From the NCBI GenBank assembly GCA_951406725.2, contig OX597822.1:109740001-109804000 (forward strand): a DNA stretch of 64,000 bases, read 5' to 3'. The notes under the pieces are model-generated. The model saw only the letters and a list, made by a program, of their open reading frames with translations, did no database searches and was not told the DNA's origin. Shown here in pieces: positions 52,024 to 64,000 of the stretch. Made by a program: the position numbers and the translations under genes. Every line of letters begins with the position of its first letter. Position 1 is the stretch's first letter. The stretch comes from Octopus vulgaris (Eukaryota).

Positions 52024-53100
52024 TACGAGTGTAGGCTGAAACATTCATAGGCTAACTATGAAGGAATTACGCCAGAGCTGTGAAATCTTGCGCACATTAA
52101 CATAAAATCTTCTTATTAATAACTGCATTGTTTCTTTGCAGACAGAATGACATCTGGCTGTTCAAAAAGACTTCAAATGTAACAAGTAATCATATCTCTT
52201 GAAAATGGACACAATTTGACATGCAAAGTGTTTATAAGTACCTGCAGATAAAGGGTTTAACACCCAGTGACAGTCATGCGGACATGATTTCTACATTACG
52301 GATGACGCTCCAGCTCCATCAACAGAGCAGAAGTGGGCAGTTGAAGTTAGGAACGGAAAGGAGGGTCTTGAGGATGACCCAAGATCTGGAGGTCCTACAA
52401 CTGCCACCACCGTGCAAAACGTTGATTGTGCTCACCATATGCTGATGGATGGCGCGCTTGAATATAAGTCAAATAATCAGATCTATTAGCATATTCTGTC
52501 GGAAAGTTGAGAAAATTCTGCGCAATAAACTTGGAATGATGAAGGTTTCTACTCAGCGTGTGCTATGTCCTCTGAGACCTGTTCAAAAACGCACCAGGTT
52601 GATCACATCACAAGAAAATCTAACATTGTTTGAGGTAGATCTTGCTGCTTTCCTCGAACGTTCCCTAAGACTAGATGAGATTTGGCTTCACCACTTTGAG
52701 ACAAAGAGATAATGCGTGCAGTGGATACGTCCCTTCTCACCTGCTCCAAAGAAGGTCAAGGTCGATTCATCTGAATGGAAGATTATGCCCCCAGTTTTTA
52801 TGATATAAAAGACATTGTGTTTATTGACTACCTTCAAAAGTTCCACACCATCAATGCAAAGTAATAACCGAGACAGTTACAAAAGGTTAAGTCCCAGGAA
52901 AGTGGCTTTGTTTCATCAAGACAAAGTTCCAGCACGTGAGTCCTTGGTTTTAACGGTTGATGTGCGTGACTGTAAATTTGAACTGGTTGATCATTGAACT
53001 TATTCTCCTGCTATGGCCACATCTGACTACTATCTGTTCCCTAATATGAAAAGCCACTTGGCTGGGAACCAGTGTCGTCATACCTGCTGTTGATGACATA
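52024..53100 (+). mobile_element. Mariner transposon fossil, near full length
   Basis: TA-CGAGTGTAGGCTGAAA start; LEDDPRSGGPTT, LGMMKVS..V, DEIWLHHF, FHQDKVPA, YSPAMATSDYYLFPNMKSHLAG; multiple frameshifts. Confidence 0.9.
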
Positions 53101-53308
53101 GCAAAAGTGCACTTCTGCTTTCGATCACATATATAATATATGCGGTAGAACGTCGGTTTTCGAGCAACTCTGATCACAAATAAATCGTACTTTATCTCCC
53201 GTCTTTCTGATATTCATTTAATTCAGCAGTACCTCGTTTTAGGAACGCTTCTGATCACGAATAAATCGTGCTATATATATATATATACCTTACAACGTCA
53301 CTTTGTTA

Positions 53309-53352
<44 letters not shown>

Positions 53353-53353
<1 letters not shown>

Positions 53354-54550
53354 TAGCCGAAGGTGACCCGCGCTACGCGCGGGTAAGAGTGTGCTTGTTA
53401 CTTTCTGTTGCTTCCTTTCAGCACGTAAAAAGCACCATCCGAACGTGGCCGATTGCAGCGCCGCCTTGACTGGCTTCTGTGCCGGTGGCACGAAAAAAGC
53501 ACCAACCGATCGTTGCCGCTGCGAGGCCCCCTTGCACTTGAGCCGGCGGCACGAAAAAAGCACCCACTACACTCACAGAGTGGTTGGCGTTAGGAAGAGC
53601 ATCCACCTGTAGAAACACTGCCAGATCAGACAGGAGCCTGGTGCAGCCTCCTGGCTTCCCAGACCCCGGTAAAACTGTACAACCCTTGCTAGCACGGAAA
53701 ACAGATGTTAAACGATGATGATGATGATGATGATGATTCTCCCTCTTTGTTTCTCTCTCCTTTCTCTCACACTTTCCCACTCTCTTACTCTTCCTTTCTC
53801 TCGGACTCTCCCTCGCTTTCTCTTACTCTCTATCTTTATCTATCTCTCTCCCATTTATAAACAACAAAATATCTTGAGTAAGTTGAGAAATAAAATATTT
53901 AGAAAGATCAATGATAAATATCAGGCAGTAGCAACGGAAAGGTCTGCTTCAAGGCAGACAACAAAACGCTAACATTTAAAAGTGACAGACGAACTTGCGA
54001 GCTGAATAAAAATAATAAAATATTGGAAACCAAAGTTTGAAAGGATATAATCTGAGGATAGTAGAGTCACCATGGCTGGCATTTCTTAACGACGGACAGC
54101 AACGTATTGACAGTTTAACGGCTGGCGTAAAATTTTGAACTTGATGTAAAAGAAAATCCCTAAACACCAAGTTATGAAGTGATTCTTTCTCACGACAGTA
54201 GACTCACCATGGCAAGCATTCAAAGCTTCTTCATCATGGACGGCAACACATTGACGATTAAAAGGTTGGAGCAAATTTTTTAGCTTGATGTAACAGAGAA
54301 TTCATAAACACTCGCTCATTTGAATTTTAATCCCCTTCCAGTCCCATTTAGACCCCTTTTCACATTTTGGTTAATATAACCCGATTTCATTCGGGTGTAC
54401 TGTGGCAACATTTTATAAGATGAGGAATTTTGTCCTAGAGGTCACGCGTTTCATTGGAGTAAAAACAGAGTTGTCATGCAAACTTGCCAGCACTTTTAAC
54501 ATAGGTGTGCATATTTTCAGCTGAACCGACCGACCACATAATGCACACAT

Positions 54551-54592
<42 letters not shown>

Positions 54593-55341
54593 TGCATTAT
54601 ATATACAAATGTATACAAATTATATATATATATGTATAAATTAAATAAGAGATAAAACCACTAATAGGCAAATCAAACAGTGAAAAACCAAAAACAAAAA
54701 CATAAAAATGAAAATATAATATATAAAATATATAAAATATATAAAATATAAAATTGAAAAATTTAAATTATTTAAATTTAAAATAAAAATTATTAAATTA
54801 TATTAATGATTTGTTTAAAAATATATATATAACTATCAAAAAGTATTAAAAAGTTTAATATACATAAATATAGATATATACACTTTGTATATATACATTA
54901 TATATATATATATTTATATATAGAACACACACACACACAAACGTACATAAATGAAGGCAAGAAATATCTGATTCATAATATTTGTTCTCATGATTGTGTG
55001 TTGTTCGTGGCGATGATAATTCTCTCTATGAATGCAGACAGCGAGATAAAGAACGCCGTTTGACGAACTTATAAAGGGAAACTGAAGGGGAGTTAGAGCG
55101 GAATAGAGGAAAAAGCGTGAGTGATGAAGACAGATACGTAAAAGAATGGGAGTGGACTTGTCACAGTGGCTTTTTGGCCCTAGCAACAACACCTTTTAAG
55201 ATAGGGATTTCTAACCTAGCCCACTGGCATCCTCACCTCATTTTACATGTCCCTGTAAATTTTGGAGTCAATCCGACGGGGTGTAGTGGCCTTGAAAGTG
55301 ATCCAAGTGGTCGAAACGCATTTCAGTTTTATATATAGTGA
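53353..55341 (-). mobile_element. ~2-kb composite non-autonomous Helitron (family G)
   Basis: 3' CTAG with hairpin CCCGCGCGTAGCGCGGG; 5' TCACTATATATAAAA; pairing of the two ends is inferred. Confidence 0.55.
53418..53735 (+). mobile_element. Retroposon 3' portion with (GAT)n tail
   Basis: Three GCACG(T/A)AAAAAGCACC repeats, GGTTGGCGTTAGGAAGAGCATCC motif, (GAT)n tail. Confidence 0.65.
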
Positions 55342-57371
55342 TATATAAAGCACGATTTATTCGCGACAGGTGTTCGAAAACTGAGGTACTGCTCTATGCT
55401 TCTATATTTACCTGAAGATATTGACCAATTAACCAGGCGTGTATGATAAACAGGAACTCTTCGAGATAACCTAACTGAAAAGAATAATTACACCGCGTTA
55501 TGCGAAGGAGATTTCAAAAGTGGTTGTGCAAACCACCAGTCTTCTTTCCAGGACATCGACAACAGTAAAGCCACTAAATTGGCCAGCTACGTATAGTTTT
55601 TTTAAAGACTAACTGCACACCACATACAATCAATGGAGATTCGTATAGAAATCCATTTCATGAGTAAATGGATCTAAGAAATGCAATCTATGCGTAGCTA
55701 AAACATCGCATATTCTATTTAAACCTAAGAATCCCACCACACTATCAAATTCCAGATCGATCCAAAATTTTCAGCTAATTACTTTTGGCGAACTGGAGGA
55801 CACCGCCCTCCCTGGATTGAGCAGGTGTCTCGCAGATATTGCTCCCACCCCCTGCTTAATGTTTTGCAACAACTAGTTTACTTATGGCTTCTTCAATAAA
55901 AAGGGGCGTAACTCTAATTTTCATTCTTTTTCCCTTTTTATTCACTCAACTACATTTTGCAGTAGTTTTTCCACGCTTTTTTTCTGATTTCCCATATACC
56001 GGCGTTCCGATTTTCAAGTAGAACAGACCCTGTGGTCACAACTTAGCTATTGCATGCAGATACAAGGTGTGTTATAGAAATTTACCTAGACAAGTGTCTT
56101 CACAACAAGAAACTATAAGTAATTCTTACTATAATACTGCGCACATTAAATGATAGCTATTTCTCACTGGATGGAGTAATTTTTTTTTATCTTACCTTAT
56201 CGAAACCGTAACCTATATATATGAAGAAATTTAAATTATATATATATTACGTTAAGCAATTAATTTATGGTTGTCTCAAGTTCGCATTAAGTAATATTGT
56301 TTAATATTCAGGTTTAGACTATATGTGTTGATTTGTGAAAGAGTTCGTCATCGCCACCATGAGCCAACAGCTTTAAAGTACAGTGGTGATTCAGTCTGAA
56401 TATTTGTTTACGATTGTCTTTTAGCCCATATGTAATGGAAAAAGCTACTGCATTGCGCCAGTTTTGCCAGCTGTTGATCTTTGGCAAAATATTTAACGCT
56501 ACGAAACAATGCCATTTTAATTGCTCGACAAATCAATATTCTGGACAGCTTAAGACAAAGTTACCCGTTAATAATTACATGATTGATTTTTTTCTAATCG
56601 ATTTATAAGTAACCTTGTTGAATCGTCAATTTCTTTCGAAAAGCAGAATAATTGCAGGAATTTGAATAAGAAAGAGAGAAAATGATTTCGCAATCCTATT
56701 TAGAATAATAAGAAAGGAATTTCTGAGAGGAAAGATTATCTGAATAGAAAGAAAAATTCGATTGACTATCGAAAAAATAGGAAATAGACATACTTATGCA
56801 AGGAATGAACAAAATAAAATCACAATGAAAATTGAGAATGTCTAAGAAGCGGGATTTAAATGCTAGATGTGAATGACAATAAATCATAATGTTAAGAGTA
56901 ACATTTGTATGGAATAATAAACTTTTGGCTATTAGATAGCATGTTATGTAGATTTTGTGAAAGGATACCGAATAAGATAAAGCTATTCTCAACGTTCTTC
57001 ATACATATGTTAAATATGCAGAGAAGAGGGATTTAGAGTGGTGTATTATAAGATGATAAACTGCCACTGCTGGAAAGACGTTAGTCACAGCTTGCCGAGT
57101 TTATCTTTACCAATGTGCCAGCCGAGAAATTGTCACTTTCGTATTGCATTAGTCAAATTGAAAAGCATTTCTTGAATCATAATCAGCTAATTTAAACGGG
57201 GACAAAGAAAATATGCCTCCGTTATTTGAGCACTGTAACAGAAATGCAATAAAATACTTCTGAGTTATGCTGCATTTAAGGAGTAATATACCGGAAAGCA
57301 GGACAAGAAGAACAAAAATGCACCATAGATTCGAAAGAACTTTGGGAAAGAAAAAAGTTGTAAATTTGCAA

Positions 57372-57560
57372 ATTTGTTTCAGTAATTAGACTGTGGCAAT
57401 GCTGGGACACAACCTTAATTTTTTTAGTGGAATATATCGACCCCCAGATATTTTTTATACTTATTCTATCCGTCTTTTTTGCCGAACCGCTAAATTACAG
57501 CGATACAAACGATTGTCAAGCTGTGATTGGGGCAACAAGCAGAGGCAGGAATACGCACAC
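57372..57560 (-). mobile_element. SINE group A, 3' half, old
   Basis: TTTTGCCGAACCGCTAA motif. Confidence 0.6.
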
Positions 57561-58084
57561 ACATAGATATACATACATACATACATACATACATATATGC
57601 ATGCATACATTCGTACAAACATACTTACATACAAACATACATACATACAAACATGTGTAGGACAAAAGTTAGCTTTAAGCAAACTATAGTATATATAAAA
57701 CACAAATTTCAAGTACAAAAGCGTATTACAGAGGCGGAAACTTGCGGATTTTTTTGTATCGAAGTATGACAATTAAAACAAATTCTTTATTTATCTCACA
57801 GCAGGCAAACCAGGGTTGCCGGGTATGCGAATAAGAACAAAAAATTTAAGGGATAGAATAGAGAAGATCCGAGCTACATATGCTTCATTGTGAGCAGAAC
57901 AATGGAAGTGGTAAATATCCAAGCGAGGGTATCTTGATTAAATGGAAGTTTATATTATCACAAGGAGATACATGTTAGTACATGGAAGATTCAACCAGAA
58001 TGTATAATACAAAATATTCATATCTTGTATTAACTGTAAGACTAAAGTGGCTTGAGGGCTTAGAGTGTCCTGCTCATACTCATT

Positions 58085-58212
58085 TTTTCTCTCTCTCCGC
58101 TTTTGTTTCCTTTCAATACTTTCTGTTGAAGAGCGTAAGCTAGAGACGTTAAACTTATATACCTAATCGTTGTTCCTTCACCTGTATTTGTCTCTTGTTT
58201 ATTTTAAATTTG

Positions 58213-58215
<3 letters not shown>
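58085..58215 (+). mobile_element. Family E remnant
   Basis: CTTTCTGTTGAAGAGCGTAAGCTAGAGACGT; 3' end into (TA)n. Confidence 0.4.
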
Positions 58216-58247
<32 letters not shown>

Positions 58248-58248
<1 letters not shown>

Positions 58249-58824
58249 GAGTAAAACGCCCCCACCGTCTAATGGACGGTGCTGAGTTGTCAAACATATA
58301 AACCAAATTTTCTCAAAACAACTTGTCCGACCGTCCCATAGGCATCCCCTTTGAGAAACACTGATTAACCTACCTAAATTTGAGACGCTAGCAGCAGAAG
58401 AAATAAAGATAGACATTTTTTCTATTCCAAAGAAAAACGATTTTATTCACACAAATATGCAACCAAAGAGTTTAAAGTACCAGTAATGATAAGGCTGTTG
58501 AGCGGGAGAACACAAACATGATTTAAACAGTAAGCTTGGCAGGAAAGAAACGTGCCTTTAAGCAGTACAAAACAACGTGCATTTTTCTCGCGTACGCGTA
58601 GTATCGATCGCAGCAACTGATGTACTTGCGCGTATAAATGCACATTTCCACGCCTTTATCGATCGCATTCTCATCTGGAATCGATTATTGTAATTTTTTC
58701 AAGACTTATACACGCCTTTATACCGTCGGTATCTGCATATCAAATTTGAGCGCAATCGGATGGACGATGCCCGAGATCCTGGAAGACACACACACAGACA
58801 GACAGACAGATTTTATATAATAGA
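58248..58824 (-). mobile_element. Non-autonomous Helitron-like family F
   Basis: 3' hairpin CACCGTCCATTAGACGGTG then CTCG|T; 5' A|TC. Confidence 0.7.
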
Positions 58825-59544
58825 TAATTTGCAGGATCTCTGATGCTTGTAATACCAACGGCTTCATACGATCCTGCAAATCATCTACATGAAATATATA
58901 AATCTGATATACATAAATGGCCTGCATCAAGAATAATATACGCATAAGCATTAAAGAACTTCATATTCACAAATTATAGATTACACATACAGACAAAATA
59001 TACTTACCTGAACAATTTCGTTATACAGAATATTTGCACACATGAACGCTTTTTGCCATTAAGATAAATTGACTGATTGTGGCCACATTATGAGATTCTT
59101 ACTAAAGAATACCAACACCTGAACGTGTGCCAGTCTATATATATTTAAGTATATACGCGTGATGTGAATACATGTAAGACATGTATGTATATAGTTATCT
59201 ATATAGAGATACACATGTACTTATATAGAGGTGTATGTATAGATGTTGATCCGTGTGTTTTCCAACGTAAATGTGTATAACTATATACGCCTCTCTTAGT
59301 GATTGTGTTTGCTTGCATATCTATGTATGCGTGTGTGTTGTGCGTAATTTCACATGGCACATTATTGAGATTTCATTATTTAAACAAAAAAACTTCCCAA
59401 ATAGCGGTATTTTTCTAGATTATTCTAGAATGATCGATATTTTTAAGCTACATTTAAAACATTTATTCCATGTCCGACAGAGTTGTACGAGCAAAAGCAA
59501 GAATCTATAGGTTCTTAAGTGAGTATAGTTAATACATAATGATT

Positions 59545-59770
59545 TCAAATTTTGGCAGAATGCCCACAAGTTCAGGTGGAAGGAGATGAGCTAATTATAT
59601 CCACTTCAGTGCTCAACTGGCACTTTTATGGACATCCCCCCCCACCCATACACGAATTGATGAAAGGCAAAGTCAGCCTCGGTTGAATTTGAATTCAGAA
59701 TGTAAAGATGGATGAAATGTCACTAAATATTTTGCATGGCGTGTTAAAGACCCTGCCAGCTCGCTGCCTT
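59545..59770 (-). mobile_element. SINE group B (B2), diverged
   Basis: CTGCCAGCTCGCTGCCTT head; core present. Confidence 0.7.
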
Positions 59771-59785
59771 TCACAATAATAAATA

Positions 59786-60292
59786 AATGCGCCCTTTTAA
59801 AGCCTAGCCAGGCTCATGGGCCCGGTACCCCGGTTTCTATGGTGTATGTGTTCCCCAGTTGGACGGGACGCCAGTCTACCGCAGCGTTACTCATTTCTGC
59901 CAGCTGGGTGGACTGGAGCAACGTGAAATGAAGTGTTTTGTTCAAGAACACAACGTGTCACCCGGTACAGTAATCGAAAGCACTATCTTACGATCATGAT
60001 GCTGACACCCTAACCACTAAGCCACGTGCCTCCACATAAAAAAAATGTTCCTTCTCAAGCCATGCCAAGCTCATGAGGGCCGGTTTCCTGGTTTCAGTGG
60101 CGTAGAAATTCCCCACCTGGACGCGACACCGGTCCGTCGCAGCATTACTCACTTTTGCCAGCTGAGTGGACCGGAGCAACATGAAATGAAGTGTTTTGCT
60201 CAAATCACAATGCATCGCCCTGTCCAGGAATCGAAACCACAACCGTATGATCATGAGTCCAACATCCTAACCACTAAGTCACGCGCCTCCAC
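59786..60292 (-). mobile_element. Two tandem tRNA-headed SINEs (group C-type head, different body)
   Basis: 59786-60035 and 60047-60292, both starting GTGGAGGC.CGTG.CTTAGTGGTTAGG on minus. Confidence 0.8.
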
Positions 60293-60465
60293 TTCACAAT
60301 TAATACATAGCATAAATACATTGCTTCGAGTTTTTTCTCCTGTTGTAGACCATACTTAAATATCCCTTCTTTGTTGAAGGGAAGTAGATAGAAGTAGATG
60401 ATGCGCAATCCAGATGTGAAACAGCGTCCCACCTTTTATCTACAGCAAAATATATAACAAATTCG

Positions 60466-60695
60466 AGGCGACGAGCTGGCAGAACCGTTAGCACGTCGGG
60501 CGAAATGCAAAGCCGTATTTCGTCAGCCGTTACGTTCTGGGTTCAAATTCCGCCGAGATCGACTTCGCCTTTCATCCTTTCGAGGTCGATAAATTAAGTA
60601 CCAGTTACGCACTGGGGTCGATGTAATCGACTTAATCCGTTTGTCTGTCCTTGTTTGTCCCCTCTATGTTTAGCCCCTTGTGGGTAGTAAAGAAA
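60466..60695 (+). mobile_element. SINE group B, full length
   Basis: Head, core and tail intact. Confidence 0.9.
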
Positions 60696-60722
60696 TATAT
60701 ATAGGCGCAGGAGTGGCATATA

Positions 60723-61135
60723 GGCGCAGGAGTGGCTGTGTGGTAAGTAGCCTGTCTACCAACCACATGGTTCCGGGTTCAGTCCCACTGTGTGGCACCT
60801 TGGGCAAGTGTCTTCTACTATAGCCTCGGGCCGACCAATGCCTTGTGAGTGGATTTGGTAGACGGAAACTGAAAGAAGCCCGTCGTATATATGTATATAT
60901 ATATGTGTGTATGTGTGTGTGTTTGTGTGTCTGTGTTTGTCCCCATAGCATTGCTTGACAACAGATGCTGGTGTGTTTGTGTCCCCGTCACTTAGCGGTT
61001 CGGCAAAAGAGACCGATAGAATAAGTACTGGGCTTACAATAGAATAAGTTCCGGGGTCGAGTTGCTCGATTAAAGGCGGTGCTCCAGCATGGCCACAGTC
61101 AAATGACTGAAACAAGTAAAAGAGTAAAGAGAGAG
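60723..61135 (+). mobile_element. SINE group A, full length, with duplicated 5' start at 60704
   Basis: Complete element; ATAGGCGCAGGAGTGGC occurs twice. Confidence 0.9.
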
Positions 61136-63050
61136 TATATAACAAATTCGTATCAAATTTGTTATAGGAACCAGCATCTAATTAAAGGTATTCTTTTGGT
61201 AAACAATGCGTCTCGAGCTGGCAGCACTTGTTGATTTCACAAACACCAAATACAGTTACAAAACCAGGAAATACATAAAGTAGAAAAAGATGCTGGAAAC
61301 CATTGACATTTGTCTGCTAAGTAGGTTCAAATGAACAAAATAAAAACTAGTCTGTGTCAAAAGACATTAATAAATGAGTTAAAGTATTTGTGTAGCTCCG
61401 AGGTTATATATGTTCCTTCGTCTAATAAAATTTATATTATTTGGCGTTTGAATGGCGCAGACTATTTAAACGTCTATCCAAAAGCCAGAAAAATCATGTA
61501 AAAAATACGAAATAAAAATACATATTACAATATAATTAAGAACAAATGACAGTCTTTGTATTTGAAGTAACTCATAGAGTATAATGTACGACAACTAATC
61601 ATTGATATATTTCCTTGTACTACTACAAAAGCGATGGTTATTTTCCGATCCTAAATACCGACTCATTAACTTCAATAAAAGCGAACAATTTGATGTTAAT
61701 AAACTATCTGAAGTTCAACCCACGCAAGTAGTATTCGAGCTCCTAATCTCCCTCCTTAAAATAACAGTATTTTCGTCAATGAGTTCAGTAATACGCACTA
61801 GAACAATAATTATTTCTTTACAACACGAAATGATTGGAATTCTTCGCTGTAAGACGTTAGTAAACCTCACCTACTAAACGCTTTACTTCGCTAAAACAAG
61901 TGAAAATTATTGCCAAATTCAAATACCTGATTATCTCTGTGTAGAATGTAACAAACTGTCCAGTGTAGTATAATGATTTAGGGTATTTCATTCCCGCTGA
62001 ATCATTATACTATAGTGTGTTAGCGCCGTCAATCTATTTGTAGTTAATACGTGTCAATTAATGCAGGGCAGCTAAAATCATACTAGCTAAGGATCTTCTT
62101 GTTAACAGCAGTCATTCAACTCGAACACAAGGGAATGTTGCTATACCTAAACATTATTAAATAAGTCTTAAATTTCACGTGGCACCTCTCACTTTATTAT
62201 GAATTTCTAACATAGAGAGTACATCAATAATAGCACATATATTCATTCGATTTTGGCGAATGATTCAGTTTTCCCTGATTCGGTGTGCAACTCTTCCTGC
62301 TGGTATAAATTTTAGAAAGACGAGCCACACCAGTTCGATTTACAATTGATTCGCTTCGGACTTCGGAAATATTTAATGATGAGCCACTCACCAAATTGGT
62401 TTCCTTTCCCGTTTTGCTGTAGAATTGTATTTAACATTGGTTATTATATTTTATCGAGATTCATGAGGAGATTTACCTATAAAAACAGGGTGGTAAATAC
62501 GTATATACTTACGGTTTCCATTAGCCACAGATAGACTCCCTTAAAATCATTGTTCAATATTTCACGGGAATACTTCACTTATATCGACATGCAATATATA
62601 TTTGTTTTCATGTCACATAGTCTAAAATATTTGGCACAGCTCCAGTATTCTTGAGAGTATTAATAGTTTAGTAGAATGAATTAAAAACAAATATTTATGA
62701 GGATTAGAATTCAACCGTGAATACTAACGCTATCTATCTTTATTTAATGACAGGCAAGTGAACTGTCAATTAATACAAAGCAGTTAACAGTATACGAACT
62801 CAGGATCTTTCTGCTTGTAAACAGGAATCATTCAACTCGAACACAAATCAAATATTACTATACATAATTACATAAATCTGATTTGTAACACCTCCTTATA
62901 ATAAACTGTTCACATATGCTGGTAAAAGATTTCCGTTAAATACTCGTTCAATTCTAAATGAATAAGTGAAAACCAGTAATATTAATTCCATTTCTTGAGT
63001 TTCGGTTCAAAGAGGTCTAAAGAGATTGAAGAGGTCAGAAACTGTGTACA

Positions 63051-63638
63051 ATGTTGAACGGCGAGCGGTTAAGTAGAATAATGGATGTCGTGAAGAGAAC
63101 TTTGTTAATAATTGATCTCCCGAAGAATTTTGATGCCCCCTCGCTAGTAAAATATTTTGAACCGATATCTAAAATAGACAAAGCTGAAACTTTTACATAT
63201 TCTGAGACAAAACGATGTGGGTACGTTATATTTCATACAAAACAAGCAATTTCCGATATTCAAAATTCGGATAATTCAAAGTTTCATGCTACCTGGTTTT
63301 TTGCAAATCTTGTTATGGCAACAAAGACAACCGACTTAAAAATTAACACCGAAGCCAACAAAAAGCATTACAATATTTCCGCACCTAAGAATCGTATCAT
63401 GAAGACACTCAAAAACTTTGCACCCCTTAATTTACTGCGATATACCAGTGAAAATAGATATAAATTTTTTAATCTTGCTTCGTTCAAAGATTTCGATTTG
63501 CAATTGTCAAGAGGAAGGCTTGCTGCACTTTTACCAGATTTCTCCAATGTAGATATTTGTCTATCACACTTTTTCAGCTTTTATGATTACGACTACCACC
63601 TCATCTCCATAACGATAACAGCACTTACGCGAAGATAG
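63051..63638 (+). CDS. Putative RRM-domain RNA-binding protein (ORF or first coding exon; 3' end uncertain)
   Basis: Only long non-repetitive ORF; RNP2-like RTLLIIDLP, helix SLVKYF, RNP1-like RCGYVIF; ATG has A at -3. Confidence 0.55.
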   Translation: MLNGERLSRIMDVVKRTLLIIDLPKNFDAPSLVKYFEPISKIDKAETFTYSETKRCGYVIFHTKQAISDIQNSDNSKFHATWFFANLVMATKTTDLKINTEANKKHYNISAPKNRIMKTLKNFAPLNLLRYTSENRYKFFNLASFKDFDLQLSRGRLAALLPDFSNVDICLSHFFSFYDYDYHLISITITALTRR

Positions 63639-64000
63639 ATTGTTTTATTTTCAGCTGTGACTTGCGTACATCCACACTGGTCAGGAGATATCCTATTATC
63701 ATAATTGACAGTGTAGATGTGAATATAAGCACAACATTTGTGGCGTTTAAATATACATATATAACAAGAGTGACTTTAATTTATGATGGTGAACCGACAG
63801 AAATAGAAAAGCGCTAGAATTAATTTTTACCTAATATTCATTTTTCACTCGTATACTCTGATTTTTAAATGGATCCATGAGACATTATTTTTATTCGAAG
63901 TACAGAACTTTAGCATCAACGACATGATTTTTTTTAATTCACTCAAATATGTCATCAATTTTTTTTTTTCTCATAGTAGAAGCCAATTATGATATTCAAA

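Larger units (their letters stand above)
53224..55393. mobile_element. Pogo/Tigger-like MITE TIRs (53224-53272, 55349-55393) interrupted by a Helitron
   Basis: GCAGTACCTC..GAATAAATCGTGCT vs AGCACGATTTATTC..GAGGTACTGC. Confidence 0.6.

Noticed and set aside
53418-53570. Three spaced repeats GCACG(T/A)AAAAAGCACC, superficially CRISPR-like
   Set aside because: Eukaryotic context, related spacers, no cas genes; internal repeats of a retroposon.

Overview
AT-rich, microsatellite-dense eukaryotic DNA that is almost entirely intergenic/intronic and repeat-derived. The SINE repertoire looks like that of an octopus (coleoid cephalopod); this is an inference from recalled repeat families. Contents: (i) about 30 copies or fragments of three tRNA-headed SINE groups; (ii) decayed LINE fragments (Dong/R4 in TAA arrays, RTE, CR1, L1/Tx1-like) and a Penelope-like RT/GIY-YIG fragment; (iii) two mariner fossils, three non-autonomous Helitron families, a MULE-like long-TIR element and small MITEs; (iv) one plausible host coding exon/ORF with an RRM-like domain at the right end. 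Most ORF-track entries are microsatellite artefacts. The most striking unexplained structure is a dispersed set of about 13 type-I hammerhead-ribozyme-like motifs from several unrelated short elements. Most have self-complementary (dimer-type) stem III, and one family has a fixed non-canonical core (CUGUUGA/CUGUCGA). Several long fold-back palindromes sit inside (TA)n arrays, and three SINE 3' tails match LINE 3' ends present in the same window. Coordinates were read by eye and may be off by a few bases.
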